A program made the position numbers and the translations under genes. A DNA stretch of 64,000 nt from a virus. Where the stretch lies: the IMG/VR virus record IMGVR_UViG_3300042351_000704, positions 1 to 64,000 of that record. One strand, written 5' to 3'. The notes below the pieces were generated by a model. It ran no database searches. It was given only the letters and a program-made list of their open reading frames with translations, and had not been told where the DNA came from. Shown piece after piece: positions 49,401 to 56,821 of the stretch; position 1 is the stretch's first letter; each line of letters opens with the position of its first letter.

Positions 49401-51722
49401 AGGTACTCAAAAGGAAGAAGAGTGTTGATACCAGGAACTGAGTACGCCAAACCATCTAAGTATTCTGTATTTGAACCACATTGGTGGAAAGGTTATAAAC
49501 AACTACAAAAAGATGGTGGTCAGATTTTAAATGACTATGATATAATGCAATTAGGAGGTCAGTCTGCAAAGAAAAGTCCGTATTTTTTTATGAACTTAAA
49601 TGATGACTTTACTACAATGCTTAAAAATAGAGACTATGTAAAAAGTGAGTATAACAAGGGTATGGATTTTCATACTAAGTGGCTTAACTCGCCTATGTAC
49701 AAGAGTATGATTAATGCATCTGATCCTGTCAATGCAAAAAATATTACTGACCAACGTAAAGATCGTCTTTCTGCTGTGACTATGAAATACGTTGATGACC
49801 CATATAATAAAGCTGGAGCTTCTGCTGATCAATTAGGAAATATAGAAGTATACCCAGAAGGAATTGGTGCTAAAGGTATAGGTGTTCATGAGATCTCTCA
49901 TGTAACAGATACAGGTCCAGGTCAAAATCTTATACCTACTAAAGATAGGATTGATATATCAAGATATAGTCTTGCTTCAGAAAATATCCCAAAGTATAAT
50001 GCTTATAAAGAGTATTTTAATTATGTTACTCGACCTTCAGAAACAAGAGCTAGGTTAAATGAAATACGCCAAGGAGCTTCTGAAAATAAATTATATGATC
50101 CATTTACTGAGAAAGTAAGTCCAGCTATATATAATAAACTTAAAAACTTCAAGTTTAATAGTACACCTGGTAGTGATCCTCTTCAACAATTAAGGTCTGC
50201 TTACAGTGATGAACAGATTTTACAAATGCTTAATAGTGTTTCTAAATTAAGTACTAATAAAAATAATGATATGCAAAACATGATGAATGATGGTGGAGAA
50301 ATGATACGTAGAGCTGATGGCACATACTCTCGTAGAGGTCTATGGGACAACATACGTGCTAACAAAGGATCTGGCAAGAAGCCTACAAACGAAATGCTGG
50401 AACAAGAACGTAAGATCAAAGCTAAAGAAATGAAATACGGTGGTGGCACCAACAATCCTGGCTTTGAAGCTTTGCCTGATTATGTACAGGCTAAGATCCT
50501 TTCTAACATGGGATATGGTGGAATGACCTATCCGTTTATGCAAAAAGGTGGTGAACCTGATGGATCTATGGCTCTTGGTCAAATAGATGCTGCTATGGAT
50601 AAACTACAAAAGCTTCGTCAGTTTATACAACCGGATTCTGATCTCGAACCATGGATAAGTTCTAAACTTACTATGATGGATGACTATGCAGATGCTGTTT
50701 CTGACTACATGATGTATAATCCAGATGCTGAACTAGATGAACTAGACCAAATGAGAAATGGCGGATATGTTGTTACAAGAAGTGATGACCGTAAAGGAAA
50801 GACACATAAAGTGACCGGACCTGATGGTACTGTAAAATACTTTGGTGATTCTAAGCTGGGTCAGCACCCGGGTGATCCCGAAAGAAAAGAAGCATTCTAT
50901 GCACGCCATAAAAAGAATCTGGATGGTAATCCATACTTCAGAGCGTTTGCAAGAGAGACATGGGCAGATGGTGGTGCTCTAGAATATGGTATGGGTGGAA
51001 TGCCTTGCTATGAGTGTGGTGGCGCTATGTATAAAGAAGGTGGAATGTACGACTGTCCTGATCAGGAAAAAGATCCTGTAACAGGTAAATGTAAAGCTGA
51101 GGTTGTTCGTGGTAGAGAAGCAAATGCAGCTAACAAAGCAGCTAATGCAGACATGAACGCATGGGCTAAGCAAGTTGCTGCTATGGATAAAGAAGTTGCT
51201 AAACAGAATGCTGCTCAGTATGCAGGACAAAGAAGTTTTGATTATGACTGGATGCAATCTCCTGTAGATAAAGCAGAGAAGAAAGCAGCCATTGCTCAAT
51301 ACAAACAATTTATTCAGCAGAACCCTAACGTATTTGTAGCAGATGATTCATCCGGGGTTAGCCCAGAACAGAAGTATATCATTGCTTCTAAGCTTAAGCA
51401 AAAGTCAAGCACTCCAATGGGGTCCAAAGCATTTCAGCAAAAGTTTAACCAGGATGCACGCTTACTAGATCTTGGACGTATACAGTCTGACATTGTTCCT
51501 TTAATGGGTGGCTGGAGTGGAATTCAGAACTGGCTTTTTGGTAATAAAAAATTCGGTGGCTACATAGGACAAGACGGAAAACGTCACATGTCTAAAACAC
51601 CTACCTGGTCTGGTAATGCCGGTTATAAACAAGGCGGTCCGGTTATAGGAGAAGAGATGGAAGTAACTCCGGAGCAACTGGAACAACTTCGCGCACAAGG
51701 CTATGAATTTGAAATAATCTAA
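46458..51722 (+). CDS. modular internal virion (cargo) protein with repeated xxxGG linkers; SLT-like, HExxH and other modules
   Basis: Position after muzzle; about 19 GG motifs; LVGRESTFG; VHEISH; FYARH. Confidence 0.75.
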   Translation: MSQFLKYITKKMRGGGDIGSLPGVLSLSAIQQKIKLEKDIKNQKARNAQATISQYIPKPGDQQRMNRAKDAYRADLAKPLNRAAESQLAANAWSNIVKPMLEMEGIASGVSGVRSMLAKPKRIPTSFYSDPVITRGPIPNPWDGKGIRVEMEGSLDVPEGMMPYIGREEWVPTTPAEKVWASFFNGKARPIPPPYKKQKGGAYVDSVFNAPNNKQLEWVQRLYQKNGKSIMVPGQTEPSTHYMESGDGRVYPTVVTMPDGSLKYLGKGAYDYADSTKTYIKFPTDNQAKWFGKNYKKGTGVLAKKKGGPIVDPRGQWAHPGKVTRIPGSDITMQGVPYPVLGVGSNGQQQMMYPGENYDFGGAAYVDEYPMMQFGGGTLLGPSGMIMSLASKVANYFSKPKSSGTNKRMTTYGQMNDSYANRNKTFYDKWQANDAIKYDSSVNPINLTSGRFRGAKVAPGMINDIVNAAKTNNVDPWLMLSLVGRESTFGADKEYIDHREGNKQDLISGWNVAEDYQPYEVNRYLADKKVPGIKVIKNSDGWSYEVEDEQAIESYLKSNPKLIDDYYKKLASTPDLGKLDSFSLAAQRIKKKGVKNYNPGDPRYSSMVNEDMNLLKNDAALKAYMKTLGYRQGGEFGGVVKMQRGGRSMFDPIFKEDPKLNKNRGDIASYFPQIQRMKDEPKIKEAIVKADQKRQQQILAEAVAIGNKNRTTVKQDNRTSREKEIAQQQVVNAYLNEAKGKSPFAQTLSSFTPTGYNPEASKIAAENIGQMTPMMGATRLFNTVRDPENNPYGIGQGNGFLANTLGTIGLLGDVFDVGAVAAPGVKAAGNYLTQQTPLRNAHKLNPYALTDDMLFNKEGVVNRQMFGDDAYNSFLKFGPTTRPGVPEMDKFMEFIKAPRSQIRSANDEVFEVVNTMEDGVFKYPYFQEGSLWYTGQQRNNLAKELGKERIITTPKSDIWFAPAGEATLMGGDDLVSKGLIDRYSKGRRVLIPGTEYAKPSKYSVFEPHWWKGYKQLQKDGGQILNDYDIMQLGGQSAKKSPYFFMNLNDDFTTMLKNRDYVKSEYNKGMDFHTKWLNSPMYKSMINASDPVNAKNITDQRKDRLSAVTMKYVDDPYNKAGASADQLGNIEVYPEGIGAKGIGVHEISHVTDTGPGQNLIPTKDRIDISRYSLASENIPKYNAYKEYFNYVTRPSETRARLNEIRQGASENKLYDPFTEKVSPAIYNKLKNFKFNSTPGSDPLQQLRSAYSDEQILQMLNSVSKLSTNKNNDMQNMMNDGGEMIRRADGTYSRRGLWDNIRANKGSGKKPTNEMLEQERKIKAKEMKYGGGTNNPGFEALPDYVQAKILSNMGYGGMTYPFMQKGGEPDGSMALGQIDAAMDKLQKLRQFIQPDSDLEPWISSKLTMMDDYADAVSDYMMYNPDAELDELDQMRNGGYVVTRSDDRKGKTHKVTGPDGTVKYFGDSKLGQHPGDPERKEAFYARHKKNLDGNPYFRAFARETWADGGALEYGMGGMPCYECGGAMYKEGGMYDCPDQEKDPVTGKCKAEVVRGREANAANKAANADMNAWAKQVAAMDKEVAKQNAAQYAGQRSFDYDWMQSPVDKAEKKAAIAQYKQFIQQNPNVFVADDSSGVSPEQKYIIASKLKQKSSTPMGSKAFQQKFNQDARLLDLGRIQSDIVPLMGGWSGIQNWLFGNKKFGGYIGQDGKRHMSKTPTWSGNAGYKQGGPVIGEEMEVTPEQLEQLRAQGYEFEII

Positions 51723-51725
51723 ACT

Positions 51726-54700
51726 ATGAGAATACGTATAACAAAGAAAGGGTTAGCTAGTTACCAGGGTGCCATTGGTTCAAGCCAGGTTGGTGATCCA
51801 AATGATGCATGGATTCGTAAGATCCTTGAATATGAAGCACAGAAAGGATCTGCTACAGGTAGTGGTTTGTCTAACTTTGGGTATAATAATTGGCAAAAGC
51901 TAGGTCATAAAAACCCTCCTCGTTCATTAGATGAAGCTGTAGAATTTTATAAACAAGACTTTCTTCCTAAAGTACAGCAGTATCCCATGGGTCTTCGTGA
52001 GCGTATGGGAGACTATATATTTAATACAGGTAGAAATCCTAATGACTTGCTTCTTTATAACGCAGGTAAGATTACACTAGATCAGTTAAATAGTCCAAGT
52101 ACATTTACAAATGAGTGGAATCAGTTTGGTCCTGAGATTGAAAAACAGTATAGTAAGCCTAGCTTTATTAATAGCTTAGATGCTAATAAAGAAAATGTTT
52201 ATAAAACTACAGGAACTTATGATGCCCCTGATCCATTAGATCCTACAAAGAACGTTAAGACTCGCTATTCTTTAGATAATCCTAATCCTGCTTTTACAGC
52301 TACTTGGCAAGGACGTACAAATATGTGGGGAAATTATTTAAACCCTAAAGCTACTACATTACCTACACGTAAACCTGTTACTAATCCTACTGCACCACAA
52401 TCAATTAGTAGCAAAACATCATCTGCTGTTCTTCCACCTACTGCTACTGCTCAAACAATTGCAGGTGGGTTAAACAATGACCAGCTTATGTATGGAGCTA
52501 ATCCATTTGTTGTAACACAAGCTGATACTGATATGGCTGACCTTGCATCAAACAGTGCTGCGTCACCTATAACACCATCTCCTTCACTTCCTGCAATGAA
52601 TATGACAGGGATGAATTATGCATGGACTAACTTTGGTCAGGCTCCTACAGTACCTACACCACGTGTAACTACAGTGTCTCCAAGTGGTGCTAAGACAACT
52701 ACCGGTAATGTTGGTAAACCAACCGTTCAGTATCAAACAAACAATAACGGTACACCGGCTGCTCCTTTTAATGTGGTGCGACCGGGAAAAAAACCATCAA
52801 GATCTCCTTTTGACCTGGTAGACCTGGCTTTGCCTGTTGCCCGTTACTTTAATGCAGAGGCTCAGGTGAAAGACGCACGTATTAAAGAAATGGAATCCCG
52901 TTTCAATACGCTGCAAGGTGCTCCTAAGTTTCGTGGCAACTTTACAATCAACGAAGGTTTATTCAGACCTGATGACAGAGGTGTAAACGAAGGAATGTTT
53001 AGTAATGGATTTTACGCTCCTACCATGCAATATGGTGGAGATATGATAGAAGATACAACAATGAACTCTATGAAAATACGTATAACAGGTGCGCCACAGA
53101 TGGCGTATGGCGGACAATCAAACTATGGTCTTGACTTAGGTCAGCGTAATGTGTATGAGAATATGCAGGACAGTCTTTCAGAAAACAGTTCTGAATCTAT
53201 GTCTGAGCAATCTGAAGCATACGGACCTCATGTACTGGAAGCCGAAGGTGGTGAAACCATCCTGCGTCCGGACGGCACACATTTCAACATCTCAGGAGAC
53301 AGACATCACTCAGGTGGTGTAAAGCTAAACCAGGACCAGGCTCCTTCAGGTTCATTTATATTTTCTGATACCAATAAGATGAAAATAAAAGATCCGGCTA
53401 TACTGGCAAAGTTTGGCGTTGCCTATAAAAAAGGTGGCGTTACTCCGGCACAGATTGCCAAGAAGTTTAAGCTGAATGATTTTAAAGCACGCCTGGAAGA
53501 CCGCACCAGACAAACTGATTCTATCGGTATGAACTCTGATACCCAGATGATGAAAAAGAACATGCGTTCACTGGCTGAACTGGCTATGATACAAGAAGCG
53601 ATGAAAGGAGAACAAGCTCCTATGATCAGCCAGGCTATCCTGGGATCTTCTGAAATGGCATATGGCGGACATGTGATGCCTAAGTTCCAGGGAGCCAAAG
53701 GTTCTTCTACTGTAAAAGGTGGTCTGGGTGAATGGAGCGATGACTATGAAACATTAAAGACATTACTGCAGGATCCTAAGAACGCAGGCCTAAGAAAGTC
53801 TATGTTCCAGAACTACCTGAAAGACTATTCTAAGTCTCCATTAAAGAATGATCCAAAAGGAGAAGACAAGTTTATACAAAACTTCCTGGAAGCTCAGCGT
53901 CAGTTCATGGGTATCCGTGCTTCTTATGCTGATAAACCAGATCAGCTTACTTCAGAAGACTGGGATCGTACAGGTAAAAACAGACGTTACCAGGCAGAAG
54001 CTAAAAAGCTTGGATATACTCCTTTAGCAGAAACAGACATCAAACGTTTTCAGGGTGGTTACCGCGCACTTGCAAAAGCTTCCCGTAATCCTGAGTTCTT
54101 TGAGAACTTCTCTAAATACTTCAAGTTATCACCTATAGGTGTAAAAGATGAGGAGTATTTAGGTCAGCCTATTTCTAAAGATGATTCATGGGTAGGTAAC
54201 ACTACTCTGGGTCAGCTGGCTCAACTGCGTGATGTAAAACCTGGAGAGCAACCAAAGCCTCGTTACATCTGTGATGCTAATGGTAAAATTGTTACCGTAG
54301 CAACAGGTGGTTACGCCACTGCAGATGAAGCACGTAAATATTGTCCTGAAAAGAAAAAACCAGGTTCTAAATATGTATGTATAGACGGACAGGTAATCAC
54401 CACTGAATCAGGTGTAGGTTATGACACTCCGGAAGAAGCAGCACAAAACTGTGGTTCAGAGCAGGGTAAAGTACCTTTTGAATTCCTGGCTCCTGATAAG
54501 ATGAACATGGCCTGGAAGTTTAATCGTGCCGTTCCAAATATCTATTTACCAGAGATGTATCAGTTACCTAGACGTCAGTATCCTCTGGCGCTCGATGATT
54601 GGTTTGCCCGTGTACAAAACAGACAATCCACATACAACACTGCTATGGACACTGCAGCAAGAACTAACCAGTCTCAGGCTGTAGGATCTTTCCTTGCAGG

Positions 54701-55310
54701 ACTGGTAGGCGCACAGGATGCAACTGATATTGCACAAGTAAACTCTGCTAACCTGGATCGTGTAGACAGAAGACAATTAGTAGATATGGAAACAGATTTT
54801 AAAAATGATGTCTTCAACCTGGGTCAACGTCAGGAATACAGCAAAGGACTTGCAATTGCTCAACAGCAATTTGATAATGCACTTAACAAAGGTGTGGGAG
54901 ATGCAATACAATCATTTGCTGATGCGTATGAAAACCGTGGTGATCTTTATGACATCAACATGCGTGATCCGTATTTTTATCGTCATCCGGCTAACTACAA
55001 AACAATCTTCAAAGGTTCTACCGGAAACATTTTTAATGCTGGTACTATTGCTGGTATTGGTACTAATGGAGCTGGTGGGTTTTCAGGTGTTGGTGCTTCT
55101 GCTAATGCTGTTTACAAAGATATATATGATGGCTTGACAGATGTGAAAGATGAAAAAGAGAGATCAGCATTTGCAAAACAGTTAGCAGCTAATTATATGG
55201 CTGGGTCTCGTCAGACTAATACTCGGTCTTACGATGCGTTTGGATTCCCAAGATCATCAAGTCGTAGATCATCTAGCTTAAACTTTTTTAACCAGGATGA
55301 TGACCAGTAA
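51726..55310 (+). CDS. internal virion (cargo) protein with N-terminal GH108-like lysozyme module
   Basis: ILEYE..G...SNFG...EAVEFYKQDF...LRERMGDYIFNTG; EAEGGE...GDRHHSGGV block; MxYGG motifs. Confidence 0.7.
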   Translation: MRIRITKKGLASYQGAIGSSQVGDPNDAWIRKILEYEAQKGSATGSGLSNFGYNNWQKLGHKNPPRSLDEAVEFYKQDFLPKVQQYPMGLRERMGDYIFNTGRNPNDLLLYNAGKITLDQLNSPSTFTNEWNQFGPEIEKQYSKPSFINSLDANKENVYKTTGTYDAPDPLDPTKNVKTRYSLDNPNPAFTATWQGRTNMWGNYLNPKATTLPTRKPVTNPTAPQSISSKTSSAVLPPTATAQTIAGGLNNDQLMYGANPFVVTQADTDMADLASNSAASPITPSPSLPAMNMTGMNYAWTNFGQAPTVPTPRVTTVSPSGAKTTTGNVGKPTVQYQTNNNGTPAAPFNVVRPGKKPSRSPFDLVDLALPVARYFNAEAQVKDARIKEMESRFNTLQGAPKFRGNFTINEGLFRPDDRGVNEGMFSNGFYAPTMQYGGDMIEDTTMNSMKIRITGAPQMAYGGQSNYGLDLGQRNVYENMQDSLSENSSESMSEQSEAYGPHVLEAEGGETILRPDGTHFNISGDRHHSGGVKLNQDQAPSGSFIFSDTNKMKIKDPAILAKFGVAYKKGGVTPAQIAKKFKLNDFKARLEDRTRQTDSIGMNSDTQMMKKNMRSLAELAMIQEAMKGEQAPMISQAILGSSEMAYGGHVMPKFQGAKGSSTVKGGLGEWSDDYETLKTLLQDPKNAGLRKSMFQNYLKDYSKSPLKNDPKGEDKFIQNFLEAQRQFMGIRASYADKPDQLTSEDWDRTGKNRRYQAEAKKLGYTPLAETDIKRFQGGYRALAKASRNPEFFENFSKYFKLSPIGVKDEEYLGQPISKDDSWVGNTTLGQLAQLRDVKPGEQPKPRYICDANGKIVTVATGGYATADEARKYCPEKKKPGSKYVCIDGQVITTESGVGYDTPEEAAQNCGSEQGKVPFEFLAPDKMNMAWKFNRAVPNIYLPEMYQLPRRQYPLALDDWFARVQNRQSTYNTAMDTAARTNQSQAVGSFLAGLVGAQDATDIAQVNSANLDRVDRRQLVDMETDFKNDVFNLGQRQEYSKGLAIAQQQFDNALNKGVGDAIQSFADAYENRGDLYDINMRDPYFYRHPANYKTIFKGSTGNIFNAGTIAGIGTNGAGGFSGVGASANAVYKDIYDGLTDVKDEKERSAFAKQLAANYMAGSRQTNTRSYDAFGFPRSSSRRSSSLNFFNQDDDQ

Positions 55311-55348
55311 ACCTGTTAAGTTTAGTTTTAAACTTACCAGATTTTAGT

Positions 55349-55366
55349 TTATATTATATATGTAGT
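55349..55366 (+). promoter_or_regulatory. putative phage late promoter box
   Basis: TTATATTATATATGTAGT, 5 nt before the ATG. Confidence 0.55.
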
Positions 55367-55371
55367 ATCCT

Positions 55372-56811
55372 ATGGCAACATTTATACAAGGCGTTACTGA
55401 TGTCTTCTCAGACAGGCTAAACTTCAAACCGGATTGGAACCGGGTTGAGCGTGGTCTTATGCTCAGAAGTGCCGCTTATACAGAAGGTGCACGTAAAGTG
55501 AAATCACTGTATGAATCTGTATTCCAGTCAGCAATGATGAGGGAAGGCAATATTCAGAGACGTGATAACTATCTCAAAGAAATATCCCAGGGTTTGAAGA
55601 ATGCTTCTACGCTGGATCTATCTATTCTGCAAAATCAGGAGAACGCTATGCGTTTGTTTGAACCATTACAAAATGACAGACAGATCATTAAAGACATCCT
55701 GTGGACCCGTAACTACGGCAAGCAGATGAGTATGGCTGAAGAGATGAAAACATCCAACGATCCGGAGACCAGACGTAAGTACTGGAACACTGGTATGAAG
55801 TATTTACAATACCAGGCGGAAGACTTTCAAAAAGCAGATGACAACACCGCACTTTCTATGGGAAGTGCACGCTACGTTCCTAACGTGGATCTGGTAACGC
55901 TTGCTAACAAGATGTACAAAGACATGGGTATCAGTGTTGAGCAGGACGTTATGAAAGGTGGTTACATCTGGACCAAGAAGAACGGAGATCTGGCTATACC
56001 ACTCACGCAGTCTATGGTAAATACAATGTTTGCCGGTGATCCTGCTATACAAGATATGTTCCGTGTACAAGCTTATGTACAACGTAAAGACTTTGTAAAA
56101 GAGAACGCTACCAAATACGGCAGTGAAGAAGCAGCAGAAAGATTTTATAACAACGAGATCTTATCTACTGTGGGTGCTGCTCAGAAAGACCAGGTGATTA
56201 ATGATTCTGAAGAAGTAAAAACACTCAGAGCCCGCAAAGCATCATGGGATAAAATAATCACTACCAGAGGTATTATACCGGATAGTGATGAGCATAAAAA
56301 ATACCTGACTGATTTGGAGAAACTAAAAGAAGCTGAAAGAGCTGCTAACATCAGTCGTGGTCAGGCTACAGTACTTACTACAGTGGACCCCAATAACCTA
56401 GACGATTTACGTACAGCTGCTGATGCTGCTGTTGTTATGGCAAGTTATTCTAGCACAGCTAACAAAATTGCTACTATGCTGGCTTATAAAGATGCCAGCG
56501 CCACTGCAAAAGCAGATCCGATTTACATGGCTAAGCTTAACAGCTCTCTTGCTCTAAACCGATCTATGGTGATGGAGAACATTCGTCACATCAATAAGAT
56601 TGCTTTTATGGACGAGCAGTTAAAGAGAGGTATTAAACCAGGTAGTGGTGGTGACAAGGATAAAAAAGAAGACCAGAAAAAACAGATGCTTCAACTGGGT
56701 GAATCACTGTTTGGTAATAGTGGCATCAAACCATCCGGAACCCTGAGTGTTGGTGGTGGTGGTGGCTCACTTGATCAGCAGTTAGATGAATTTTTAGATA
56801 ACGATGATTAA
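55372..56811 (+). CDS. helical internal virion/cargo protein
   Basis: Long helical ORF in the cargo cluster; CCT-ATG start. Confidence 0.7.
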   Translation: MATFIQGVTDVFSDRLNFKPDWNRVERGLMLRSAAYTEGARKVKSLYESVFQSAMMREGNIQRRDNYLKEISQGLKNASTLDLSILQNQENAMRLFEPLQNDRQIIKDILWTRNYGKQMSMAEEMKTSNDPETRRKYWNTGMKYLQYQAEDFQKADDNTALSMGSARYVPNVDLVTLANKMYKDMGISVEQDVMKGGYIWTKKNGDLAIPLTQSMVNTMFAGDPAIQDMFRVQAYVQRKDFVKENATKYGSEEAAERFYNNEILSTVGAAQKDQVINDSEEVKTLRARKASWDKIITTRGIIPDSDEHKKYLTDLEKLKEAERAANISRGQATVLTTVDPNNLDDLRTAADAAVVMASYSSTANKIATMLAYKDASATAKADPIYMAKLNSSLALNRSMVMENIRHINKIAFMDEQLKRGIKPGSGGDKDKKEDQKKQMLQLGESLFGNSGIKPSGTLSVGGGGGSLDQQLDEFLDNDD

Positions 56812-56821
56812 TAAATACTAG

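Noticed and set aside
46458-51722. Direct coupling of GG cleavage to the ATE/Bpt enzyme through exposed N-terminal Glu/Asp
   Set aside because: Only about 3 of about 19 GG sites are followed by Glu, so there is no clear enrichment.
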